IMG/VR virus record: IMGVR_UViG_3300016265_000020
Location: 1 to 25,883 of that record
DNA length: 25,883 bases
Strand: one strand, 5' to 3'
Source: a virus
Lineage: Duplodnaviria; Caudoviricetes
Positions 1 through 8,715 of this stretch are shown here, one piece after another (the first letter of the stretch is position 1; every line of letters begins with the position of its first letter). The notes beneath the pieces were generated by a model. It saw only the letters and a program-made list of their open reading frames with translations. It was not told where the DNA came from and made no database searches. The position numbers and the translations under genes were made by a program.

Positions 1-115
1 TAATCAGCACACCCGCAGCAGCAGGAACAGACATTGTGTAATTAGATGCAGTATTAAGCGTGTCTAAGGTGACTGAGCCGCCTGAAGGTGTTGATAGCTT
101 TATTTGACCTGCCAT
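1..115 (-). CDS. Small tail-fibre-associated protein, N-terminal part (runs off window edge)
   Basis: Not in the ORF track. Manual translation from ATG at 115 gives MAGQIKLSTPSGGSVTLDTLNTASNYTMSVPAAAGVLI, open to the window edge. It starts 2 nt after the previous gene's stop and resembles the N-terminus of the 118..366 protein (LK...G.V.....TASN). Confidence 0.7.
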   Translation of the reverse strand, partial: MAGQIKLSTPSGGSVTLDTLNTASNYTMSVPAAAGVLI

Positions 116-117
116 GT

Positions 118-366
118 TTAGCCCCAAGAAGAACCGTTGTACACTTCTACGCTGCCCGTAGTAGTGTTAAATCGCATTTGACCTGTCGCTGGTGACGCAG
201 GACGCTGTGCAGTTGTGCCTGATGGTAAATACAAGCCACCAGTCGTAGAATCAGCGTAGGACAGCACACCGTTTGCAGCCTGTACGTTCACAGACACGTT
301 TGACGCTGTGTCAACAGGGTTGACCTCAACCGTACCAAGCGCAGGAGCTTTTAGTCGCAGTCCCAT
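118..366 (-). CDS. Small tail-fibre component (82 aa)
   Basis: Start revised to ATG at 366 (MGLRLKAP...), immediately after the stop of 368..1060. Contains LPSGTTAQRPASPATGQMRFNTTTGSVEVYNGSSW, a recurrent phage fibre motif. Confidence 0.75.
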   Translation of the reverse strand: MGLRLKAPALGTVEVNPVDTASNVSVNVQAANGVLSYADSTTGGLYLPSGTTAQRPASPATGQMRFNTTTGSVEVYNGSSWG

Positions 367-367
367 T

Positions 368-1060
368 TTAGATAATCGCCCAAACAGAGCCAGCAGGGAT
401 TGTGACAGTTGCACCGGACGCAATCGTGATTGGCCCAGTCGACATAGCGTTAGACAGCGCAGGAATCGAATAACTTGTAGTCACAGTTTGACCGTTCTCA
501 ATGAAGATTTTGTCACCGCCAGCGCCCGTTGCACCACCGCCAAAACCTACTGAAATTAGCTGAAATTCTGTACCGTCATATATTACAACGACTATGTTGC
601 CTGCGGTTAAATCTCCTGCTTGCAACGGGTCTGTAGCGTTACGCATCACGGCTTTTGCGCCCAAACCGTCAATATTTAGCGTCACAGCACCAGTATTCGT
701 GTTGGCAACGATAAACGAGAACATTGCGCCTGTTGTGTACGCTGCCAAAGGCGGGGTTAACGAGCCTAAAAGCACGTCTGTACCCGTCACCGTCATAAAG
801 TTCAGCGTATTGCCCTGAAGCTGCCCCAAACGCACTGCGTCTGTAGCTGAAATAGCTGCGCCTAGACCCGTAATCCTGAAGCCAGCCATTGGAATGTTGG
901 CTGTTGGCGTACTTTGACCGTCTTTCGTAATGGCGTTGGTCAGACCGTTTGCTAAATCGTTCGTCAGAGCGTTAAATGCTGTCGAACTGATAACAGTTCC
1001 TGCAACAACAGGCTGTCCTGCTGTGTTGATTAGAAATACGCCGTTGCCGTTGTAGCTCAT
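368..1060 (-). CDS. Proximal tail fibre / fibre-attachment protein (230 aa)
   Basis: N-terminus MSYNGNGVF...ISSTAFNALTNDLANGLTNAITKDGQ typical of podovirus fibre anchors; NTGAVTLNIDGLGAKAV fibre motif; located after the ejection genes; ends in the ENxxT...NAMSxGPITIASG...GSVW module. Confidence 0.8.
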   Translation of the reverse strand: MSYNGNGVFLINTAGQPVVAGTVISSTAFNALTNDLANGLTNAITKDGQSTPTANIPMAGFRITGLGAAISATDAVRLGQLQGNTLNFMTVTGTDVLLGSLTPPLAAYTTGAMFSFIVANTNTGAVTLNIDGLGAKAVMRNATDPLQAGDLTAGNIVVVIYDGTEFQLISVGFGGGATGAGGDKIFIENGQTVTTSYSIPALSNAMSTGPITIASGATVTIPAGSVWAII

Positions 1061-1069
1061 CGCTGCCTC

Positions 1070-3907
1070 TTACTCAGTTAATTGGTTAAGTCGTTGCCCT
1101 AATTGTTGCATTAACTGTGGGTTTTGCAACAGACTTCCATAAAGTGCGCCAGACGTAACTCGCTCGCCTAGTCCCATGCCCGGCACTCGATTTGCAAGCG
1201 CATTTGCTATATTTAGAGCTTCTTTTTGGTCTGCTTTGTTGACCGCAGCGCCAAACACCTTTTTTGCACCCGCTTTTACCAAAGGAACGCCAACAGTTGC
1301 GCCTACAGCCGTACCAACAAACGGTAAGCCGCCCATAGCGCCTAAAGCATCAATTCCAGCACCCAACATTAAAGCGCCGCTATTGCTATTGTTGACAGCC
1401 GAACCTTTTGGTTGTGTTGTCATGTAATTTGCAACACGCCCTAAACGCTTCAATTCTGCAACTTCATCAGGGCTAAAGAACAAAGAAAGCTTTCTATCGC
1501 CAATGTTTTCCAGCGCAGAATTAAAGCTTTTTGCGCCAAATGTGCCAATTTCGTCTGATTGACCACCAAGCGCTTTGGACTTCAAATGCGTCAAAATAGC
1601 ATTTTTAGTTGCTGTTGGATCGCCAGCTTTAGCAACAGCCGCTGCATCATCAAGTGAGCCTGATAAAATAAATTTTTGAATAAATTTGTCAGGCTGCATT
1701 CCATTTACAGTTTGTTCAATTGGCGCAGCAGATTCTTGCCATGCCATTCTTGCACGATGACTTGCTCTTGCAGCGTTTAAAGCGTCTAACAGTTCTTTAG
1801 GTTGGGCATCTTTGCCCGTCAAAAATGATGCGCCAGCGTCTGTAACAACTTGATTGCCGCCGTATTGCGTTTTAATAGGCTGTACTTCAGTTTTATCTAT
1901 TGCGTCACGAACAATTTTTAACGCAGATTTGACGTTTCCATCAGTTGTTGAACGTGATGCAGTAGCAATTGTTGTCATTAAATTGTCTAACGCTTTTACG
2001 TCAAAAGGTACTGGATACTTAACGCCTTCAATCGTTATTTCGCCTTTTGAAATCGTGTTTAACATTCCACGAATGTTTTCAGGCAAAAATGCGTTTTTGT
2101 TTTCTGCTGACAAAGCAGCGTCAATGTTTTGCATTAACTTAGAACGATCAAGCGGCACATTACCGCCCGGCAAGTTCTTTGCAACATCGTACAAATTGCT
2201 TGTCGCAGTTTGTCTTGCTAAATCTTCAGCAGCAATTTTTGAGATATTTGCTTGTCCTGCTGTAAATAGATCAGTTTTTCCTGCGCCTGCACGATTAAGC
2301 GCTTCAATTAACGCTTGATTATTAGCGTTCTGAATGTTACCCAATTGTTGCAACTCAGGGTTTGTGGTGTTCATCCCTGCTTTTGCAAGGTTTTGCTCAA
2401 GTGTTACCTGACGTGGGTCAAGCGTAATCATGCCTTTTGTCGATGTTGCGCCTTGAATCATGCGAATATCAACTAATCGACGCATTGCATCTTCGTCAAA
2501 TGTGCCGCCAGTACGCAAAGCATTGGCAACATCATTACGCAGCGCTGTTTTGACTTGATCTGGCACTTTTGAGAAGTCAAATCCTGAGCGACCAAGCGTA
2601 GTTGTGAGCAATTCATCAATTTGCTCAGGTTTCGGTGTAAACATTGACGGCGCAACGGCTTTTGCTGTGCTTGTAACGCCAGATTTAACAGCGCTTGCAG
2701 CAGTAGGTGCAGCTACGCCACCAAGAATACTAGCTAACAACTCAACTTCAGGCGGTGCGCCATACTCACGAGCAACGCTGCCACCTGCGCCAGCGCCTGC
2801 AGCAGACATTGCTTGCATAGCTGGGTTTGCAGATAACTGATTTAATACTGTTTGAGCGTTTCCACCCGTAAATGGCGCTAATGCTCGTGCACCTGCAACC
2901 ATCGGTAAAGCGCTAAATCCTGTTTTTGCAACGTCAAATGCAAACCTTTCGCCTTGTCCTGAATTGTCCATTACAGACTTTTCAATAGGTTTTGGCAATC
3001 CCAGTGCATTTGCAAGTCTTTGAGCAATAGTCTCAGCAGACGCAACAGACGGGCCACCAAACAATTTGCTTACAGACTCCGTTGCCATGCGTAACGGTTC
3101 TGTCGGCGCAGCAACAGCAGAGCCAACGCCTTCTAAACCTGCTCGTGCAGTTAGCCCAAGCTGTCTACCACCACTACGCAACAAGTTCATTACTGTGTCA
3201 CTAGTGCTTGGCTGTTTTGCTGGTTCGGTGCGCTCAACAGGCGCAGCTTGTGTTTGCACAGGGGTTAATGCAAATTCTGCGTTTAATTCTTCAAACGGGT
3301 TCTTTTGCGGCGCTTGTGTTTGCACAGGAGCACCAAGCCTAAATTCTTCGTTTAACGCTTCAAACGGATTGTTTTTTGCAGTAGCCATAGGTGGATTCAC
3401 ATCTGACGTTGAAGCATTAGCTAATATTCTATTCGGGTTTAGCTTGCTCATTACAAATTCAGTCGACTGTCGAGGCTGTGGGTAATTGCTTGACGGTAAA
3501 CTTGCCCAGATAGGGCCAGACTTCTTTACCGCAGACTCCCAATTGCCTTCCAATACATCAGGCAAAATCCCACGCTCACGCAACAAATTAACGGCAGCCA
3601 AATCTTGACTACGCTCACCAAAATCAGGCAATCCTAACTTCTTAGCTTGCTCATCCCATGTGTTAGACAAGAACTGGTAACGCCCGGCTGCCGTTGTTTT
3701 GTTAGGTCTGCCAGTCGTTTCAGTAAAATCAAACAAAATGCGAGGATGGTCAGCCAATGACTCCATCCTGCCACCGCCAAACAACGTGTTATATCCGTGT
3801 TTAGACGTGCCTTCAGCCGCTGAAATCATGTCCAAAAAGCTACGGACATTCGGGTTGTCCAGCATTGGCAACAAAGGTTCAACAGCAGGATTGAGCGGGT
3901 TTGCCAT
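1070..3907 (-). CDS. Large DNA ejection (internal virion) protein with N-terminal lambda-R-type lytic transglycosylase domain (945 aa)
   Basis: Residues ~20-150 carry FLDMISAAEGT, TAAGRYQFL, SQDLAA and IWASLP, hallmark lambda lysozyme motifs including the catalytic Glu. The remainder is Ala/Gly/Gln-rich and helical-looking. It is the third of three ejection-type genes (P22 gp16-like position). Confidence 0.8.
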   Translation of the reverse strand: MANPLNPAVEPLLPMLDNPNVRSFLDMISAAEGTSKHGYNTLFGGGRMESLADHPRILFDFTETTGRPNKTTAAGRYQFLSNTWDEQAKKLGLPDFGERSQDLAAVNLLRERGILPDVLEGNWESAVKKSGPIWASLPSSNYPQPRQSTEFVMSKLNPNRILANASTSDVNPPMATAKNNPFEALNEEFRLGAPVQTQAPQKNPFEELNAEFALTPVQTQAAPVERTEPAKQPSTSDTVMNLLRSGGRQLGLTARAGLEGVGSAVAAPTEPLRMATESVSKLFGGPSVASAETIAQRLANALGLPKPIEKSVMDNSGQGERFAFDVAKTGFSALPMVAGARALAPFTGGNAQTVLNQLSANPAMQAMSAAGAGAGGSVAREYGAPPEVELLASILGGVAAPTAASAVKSGVTSTAKAVAPSMFTPKPEQIDELLTTTLGRSGFDFSKVPDQVKTALRNDVANALRTGGTFDEDAMRRLVDIRMIQGATSTKGMITLDPRQVTLEQNLAKAGMNTTNPELQQLGNIQNANNQALIEALNRAGAGKTDLFTAGQANISKIAAEDLARQTATSNLYDVAKNLPGGNVPLDRSKLMQNIDAALSAENKNAFLPENIRGMLNTISKGEITIEGVKYPVPFDVKALDNLMTTIATASRSTTDGNVKSALKIVRDAIDKTEVQPIKTQYGGNQVVTDAGASFLTGKDAQPKELLDALNAARASHRARMAWQESAAPIEQTVNGMQPDKFIQKFILSGSLDDAAAVAKAGDPTATKNAILTHLKSKALGGQSDEIGTFGAKSFNSALENIGDRKLSLFFSPDEVAELKRLGRVANYMTTQPKGSAVNNSNSGALMLGAGIDALGAMGGLPFVGTAVGATVGVPLVKAGAKKVFGAAVNKADQKEALNIANALANRVPGMGLGERVTSGALYGSLLQNPQLMQQLGQRLNQLTE
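3241..3377 (-). repeat. Tandem 22-23 aa duplication (NPFExLNxEF...PVQTQA) in the ejection protein
   Basis: gcttgtgtttgcacagg occurs at 3246-3262 and 3312-3328; the protein reads NPFEALNEEFRLGAPVQTQAPQK NPFEELNAEFALTPVQTQAAP. Confidence 0.85.
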
Positions 3908-5457
3908 TACTTAATACCGTATCTTTGAGCCAATGTGTAAGTATTGCCAGCACGATCAGTAAGCGGAACATCAAATATTGAACCAGAAATTTTGCCCCAT
4001 TCATTTGTAATCGCAGACAAATTGCTACGCAATTCAGGCATTGACGCTGCTTTTTGATAATAACCAGACTTACGTTGATCTTGAATAGCTTTTGCTTCCG
4101 CAACATCAAGCAAGAATTGATTTGCCTGTGGCGTATTTTTAAGTTGTGCGTAAGTTTTTTGAAGGTTTGTAAAATCTTTATCTGTTTGAGGCCCTTTCTG
4201 TTTGCTTAAGGTATCAACAAGTCCTTCATAAACTTTTGATTCAAATATTTGAGCATTTGTGGCAAATTTTGCAGCTTCTTTTACGCCAAACGATGCAAGA
4301 ATATTTGCAGCAGTTTTTTGTGCGTCTGTGCCAAACCCAGTTGTCAAATCAATATTCTTCAAAACACGAATATTGTCCATAGCATTTCTTGCAGCATCGC
4401 CAGCTGCTCGGGCAGGATCAAGTTCGTTTTTAATCCATTGCTCATTTAATTGTTCACCAGCCCTTGTCACAACGGGACTTATTGCTGTAACAACAGGCGA
4501 TTTTGGTTCTGTAACAGGTGAGGGTTGAGCTGCATAAGGATTGCCTTGCAATCCCATTACATCAGCTTGTGTTGTTCCTACAGTATTTCCTGTAGTCAAA
4601 TCAATTTTTGACGCAGGCGTTGCACCAGCTTCACCAAGTCGCTTGCCAAATGATTGAAATTGCTCAATTTGACCTGTTGCTTGACCATATCCGGGAATAG
4701 GATTTGCACTAAATTGACCAGTTGGGCTAATGTTTGTTTGAATGCCACCTTTAGGTGCAATATATGTTGGCATATTACTGCCAGCAGGAACAAGTGCACC
4801 ACCTTCACTAACAACAGTAGGCGAAATGTAATTTTGTTTCATTAAATTCTGACGCATTAGCGCTTGATATTGTGGCGATCCGGGCGCAAACCCTGAAGCC
4901 GCAGCAATTTTTTGTACTTCTGTTGGTGTGCTGTGTGTGCTTAACGCCGTAGCATACGCTTGTGGGTTAATCATGTATTGCATCATTGCTGTTCTAGCAT
5001 CCATGCCAGCGGGAATTGGCATTGCAGAACCTGTGCCTGTTTGAACGCCTGTCATACGGGCTGCGTTCGTGTTGGTTGGCCCAACATCGCCCTGCATAGC
5101 ACCGCCAGCCAACGCCATATCTCGTGCTTGTGCTGGCGCTACACCACCGCCTAAACCAAACATATTTTGTATCTGTGCGTTTTGTGCTGCTGCAAGTTGC
5201 GCTTGTTTTTCAGGAATCAAATCCGAAGACCTGCGAGCAACATAAGCTTTTAGCAATTGCCCAAGACCTTGAATCGGGCTTGGTGGGACATAGTGACCAG
5301 ACACCATTTGACCTTGTGGCTGCTCCATCAATGCTTGTTGCATCAAAATGTCTGCATAACGCTGATTTTGTGCAAGTTCGTATTGTTGCCGAGCAACGTC
5401 CGGCCCCATCATCGCCATCATAGGGCTAACTTGTGCAGTTGGATTTGTAACAGCCAT
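3907..5457 (-). CDS. DNA ejection protein (P22 gp20-like position, 516 aa)
   Basis: Gln/Ala/Met-rich; N-terminal PQGQMVSGHYVPPS motif; C-terminal QKGPQTDKD motif; TAATG overlap with the next gene. Confidence 0.7.
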   Translation of the reverse strand: MAVTNPTAQVSPMMAMMGPDVARQQYELAQNQRYADILMQQALMEQPQGQMVSGHYVPPSPIQGLGQLLKAYVARRSSDLIPEKQAQLAAAQNAQIQNMFGLGGGVAPAQARDMALAGGAMQGDVGPTNTNAARMTGVQTGTGSAMPIPAGMDARTAMMQYMINPQAYATALSTHSTPTEVQKIAAASGFAPGSPQYQALMRQNLMKQNYISPTVVSEGGALVPAGSNMPTYIAPKGGIQTNISPTGQFSANPIPGYGQATGQIEQFQSFGKRLGEAGATPASKIDLTTGNTVGTTQADVMGLQGNPYAAQPSPVTEPKSPVVTAISPVVTRAGEQLNEQWIKNELDPARAAGDAARNAMDNIRVLKNIDLTTGFGTDAQKTAANILASFGVKEAAKFATNAQIFESKVYEGLVDTLSKQKGPQTDKDFTNLQKTYAQLKNTPQANQFLLDVAEAKAIQDQRKSGYYQKAASMPELRSNLSAITNEWGKISGSIFDVPLTDRAGNTYTLAQRYGIK

Positions 5458-5470
5458 ATCAATTCATCCT

Positions 5471-6778
5471 TTATGTACCAAACAGACCTTTAAACGTGCC
5501 TGTTGGGGCTAACAATGCAGCACCACCTAATTGGAACAGACCTTGCGTCAATTGCGAATTTGCAGCATTTTGTGCGTTAGCTTGAGCTAATTGACCTTGA
5601 TACTGTGCTTGCGTAGCGGGGAAAGTTGGCGCAGCAGCCACGTTAACAGGTTGATAGCCTGAAAACTGTGGCAATTGAATTTGCGAACCACCCATAATTG
5701 CAGCCAATTCTTGTATCGGTTGACTGCGTAATGCCAAATCTTGTGCAAGTTGCTGTTGTTGTGCGGTATTACGAAATTGTGCTCGATTAAGCGCTTGGTT
5801 ATAACCAAGACTTTGACCAGTAATCCCTTGGTTAAAGTTTTGACCCATTGCTGTGTTGTACAAACCAGCGCCTGCTAATTGAGCTTGGTTTGCAAAGTTA
5901 CCAAGTCCTAACAATTCATTGATGTTTTGTTGACGTGCTGCCAAATCAAGATTGATGCCTTGCAATGCGGCTTGATTGATTAAATCATTTTTGCTCATTT
6001 CACGGTTACGGAACGCTTTATCGTACGCTTCTGTACCGGGCACAAGACCTTGGTTTGCTAGTTGCTGCCTAAAAGACACATCGCCAGCTTCAATCGTTGG
6101 GTTTAGCCGCTTTAAAATCAATTCTTGAGCGGTTGTACCTGCGTTAATTGGCATTGCAACAGCACCGCTTGTATCAATTGCATATTGCAATGGAACAGAC
6201 GTTTTTGCCATGTAATTTGCAGCATCTGGAACGTCTTTATAACCACCAAAATCGTGTTGAATTTCAGTTGTTGTAGGTACAAACGGTGTTGATAACGTAT
6301 TAGCTACGTTTGTCATTGCAGTTTCACCAAGCTCTGCAAGACGTTGTTGAACACGCTGTTGTGCGTCAATTGTTGCTTGCGCTGTTGGCGTTAATTGTTG
6401 CGTTACGGTTGGTGCACCAACAGTCATGTAGCTCGTTCTATCTGGCGCAGACCCTGCGTCTTTTAAAGCTCTGTCGTATGCTGCTTGGTCAAAATACGAA
6501 TAATCAGCACCGGAATCTCCCGCCCCGCCACCTGTGCGGTAATAATCAGCCCTATTGACTTTATTTGCACGTTGATTGTAAGCAGCTACATCAGCATCAT
6601 ATCGAGCTTGGTCAAAGGTTGGTTGACCATATGTTATGGTTTGTGTGCCAAACGGCGTAACCATGTTTGGGTTACTCAGTCGTGAGCTAGTCTGCGCCGA
6701 CTCAATGTTTTGTTTGCCCTGCTCTTTAGCAGCAGCTACATAATCTGGAACTGGTGGCGTACTAACTGACTTGCCCAT
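5471..6778 (-). CDS. DNA ejection/pilot protein (P22 gp7-like position, 435 aa)
   Basis: MGKS...PPVPDY N-terminus, Gln/Ala/Asn-rich body and Gly-rich hydrophobic C-terminus; directly follows the GNAT-like gene, as P22 gene 7 follows gene 14. Confidence 0.7.
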   Translation of the reverse strand: MGKSVSTPPVPDYVAAAKEQGKQNIESAQTSSRLSNPNMVTPFGTQTITYGQPTFDQARYDADVAAYNQRANKVNRADYYRTGGGAGDSGADYSYFDQAAYDRALKDAGSAPDRTSYMTVGAPTVTQQLTPTAQATIDAQQRVQQRLAELGETAMTNVANTLSTPFVPTTTEIQHDFGGYKDVPDAANYMAKTSVPLQYAIDTSGAVAMPINAGTTAQELILKRLNPTIEAGDVSFRQQLANQGLVPGTEAYDKAFRNREMSKNDLINQAALQGINLDLAARQQNINELLGLGNFANQAQLAGAGLYNTAMGQNFNQGITGQSLGYNQALNRAQFRNTAQQQQLAQDLALRSQPIQELAAIMGGSQIQLPQFSGYQPVNVAAAPTFPATQAQYQGQLAQANAQNAANSQLTQGLFQLGGAALLAPTGTFKGLFGT

Positions 6779-7184
6779 AACGAACCCCTAAAAATCGACA
6801 ATTCTCTTTTGTCATTGTCAAAAATATTATGTCACCGTCTACCGCACCCCCCGTAATTCGTGCTTCTTCGGTGAAACCCATATTTGTTACTAATTTTATA
6901 CTTTTAACGTGGCTTGAGACTACTGGAACAATAATTTTCTTCACTTTGCATACATTGAAAGGGTAATCAAAAATCGCTCTTAAATACGTTTTTGTCAGCC
7001 TGCCTTCAATCGCTATGTGACAGAAAATTGAAGCTTGATTCCAATTCTCATAAATCACGCCTGCTACAGTTTTACCGTCTTTTCGTAGCCCAATAGCGCT
7101 ACTTGTGTCTTCGTAAAACTTTCCTGCTATCCGTTCCGCAACCCAAGCGCCTATTTCAGCGCCCTGCACTATATGCCAGCCCAT
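6762..7184 (-). CDS. GNAT-fold acetyltransferase-like protein (P22 gp14-like position)
   Basis: Start revised to ATG at 7184 (MGWHIVQG...). SIKLVTNMGFTEEARI resembles GNAT motif B, and IFDYPF is also present; lies between the tail hub and the ejection genes. Confidence 0.7.
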   Translation of the reverse strand: MGWHIVQGAEIGAWVAERIAGKFYEDTSSAIGLRKDGKTVAGVIYENWNQASIFCHIAIEGRLTKTYLRAIFDYPFNVCKVKKIIVPVVSSHVKSIKLVTNMGFTEEARITGGAVDGDIIFLTMTKENCRFLGVRYGQVS

Positions 7185-8713
7185 CCGAGCTGATACACAA
7201 CGTCTGTTGATGCCCACAAAATAGTCACGCCTTGTGAAGCACTCTTAAATTGAGTAGAACCACAGTAGCCAATGCCTGTGATGCCCTGCCAGTTATTGGA
7301 AATGATGTTTTCCGTTCCCCAATAGCTTTCGTCCCATATCGCAGTGTCCCAAAGACCAAAGTTGCTAGGCGAAAACGCTAACGCAGCGGTTGCGTCTTGC
7401 AGGTCAAAGTCGACGTTCATGCCAACATAGACAGACGGTGCGCCATTTGTGAACAAACTTGGTCTAGCTCGTGTGAAATACTTCTTTACGCCACGAGTTT
7501 CAAAGTAATTGAACGCCTGAAATGCGTTGGAATTGATGTTTGCGCCGTCATCAGCGTAGGATTCGTCCCAAGCGTGTGCAACGTAGCCGTTTGCGCCAAA
7601 GTAAGGTTCGTTTTCAAAGATTTCCCAACAATTTGCCGCCCAACCAGTAAAGTTGCACCATGCTTTTGTGATGTTATTCATCACATATTGCTGTTGCTGA
7701 CCTACCGCAATCGGCACGTTAACGCTCAAAGCGTTGTGTTTGGGGTCAAATATCATTTGCCAGCCAAACGTATCGCCATACGCCTGCGTTGCTGCTGCAA
7801 AAGCGCCCTGAATCTTGTCAGATAGCGCAATTCTTGGGTCTAAACGTGAAGATTGTAAGCTTGCAGCAAGCGGATAAACGCCGTTATACGTCAAAATGAC
7901 AATATCGCCGCCGTACTTAATCATGCAACGCTTGCCAACGGGCTTGCCAACACGCCAAACGCCCACTAGCGCCCATTTTGTAGCGTCCGAGGGGTCTGTG
8001 CCTGCATAAACAATAACTTCGCCGTTAGACGTGATAAACACAATGTTATCGTCTACGCCATAGCCTGCGTCAATTGTCCAAGTGCCTACGCTAACAAGCT
8101 CGCCGCCCAATTGAGCAACTGCGCTCATGTCAATGTAGTTTGCTGCGCCTGCAATGCTCAAAGTGGGCAAATACCATGCTTTTAGCGTGTCGTTTTGCGT
8201 AAACCAGACTTGATTCTTAAAAGTCGTGATGTTGTTCAGCGATTGAGGTGTCACTCCTGTAATCGCAGGGTTTGTCCATGTAGAACCGTTATACAACAAT
8301 GGCAAATCTGAGCCGTTTACAGCGTAAAGATAACCACCCGCAGGCGTTGTGACGTTGACGTATTCCCATTTAGCGTTAGACAGCGCAGTTACGACTGGTG
8401 CGCCTACCGCTCCCGATGCTGTCACGTCGTAAATAGCTGTACCAACGACTGCAAATAGTTTGTTTGTTGTGCCTGACGAATAACCCATTAGCGTCTGCAC
8501 TTGACCGGGCAAACCTGTGGCGTGTTTCGTGTAGCCGGGTCTCAACACCACGTTGTTCACAGACGGGAACAGGTTGGTCAACTGAACAGCGTCCAACACG
8601 TCCATGTTTGCAATCGAATCACGCACGTTCCAGCCGCCAATTGGGGCAGGGAGGGACGCAACACGAGCTGCGTTGTGTTGAACTAGAGAGTTAATGCCTC
8701 TGCGTGTTGCCAT
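7169..8713 (-). CDS. Tail hub / nozzle (packaged DNA stabilisation protein, P22 gp10-like; 514 aa)
   Basis: N-terminal LPAPIGGWNVRDS motif; beta-rich, aromatic composition consistent with a propeller; follows the adaptor gene. Confidence 0.75.
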   Translation of the reverse strand: MATRRGINSLVQHNAARVASLPAPIGGWNVRDSIANMDVLDAVQLTNLFPSVNNVVLRPGYTKHATGLPGQVQTLMGYSSGTTNKLFAVVGTAIYDVTASGAVGAPVVTALSNAKWEYVNVTTPAGGYLYAVNGSDLPLLYNGSTWTNPAITGVTPQSLNNITTFKNQVWFTQNDTLKAWYLPTLSIAGAANYIDMSAVAQLGGELVSVGTWTIDAGYGVDDNIVFITSNGEVIVYAGTDPSDATKWALVGVWRVGKPVGKRCMIKYGGDIVILTYNGVYPLAASLQSSRLDPRIALSDKIQGAFAAATQAYGDTFGWQMIFDPKHNALSVNVPIAVGQQQQYVMNNITKAWCNFTGWAANCWEIFENEPYFGANGYVAHAWDESYADDGANINSNAFQAFNYFETRGVKKYFTRARPSLFTNGAPSVYVGMNVDFDLQDATAALAFSPSNFGLWDTAIWDESYWGTENIISNNWQGITGIGYCGSTQFKSASQGVTILWASTDVVYQLGWAGI

Positions 8714-8715
8714 AG

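Noticed and set aside
3386-3400. Functional internal start at MATAKNNPF giving a lysozyme-less isoform
   Set aside because: No convincing SD upstream (GTGAATCCACCT); kept only as a possible fusion scar.
3450-3907. Lysozyme domain as the phage lysis cassette
   Set aside because: It is in frame with a 945-aa ejection protein, and there is no adjacent holin or spanin.
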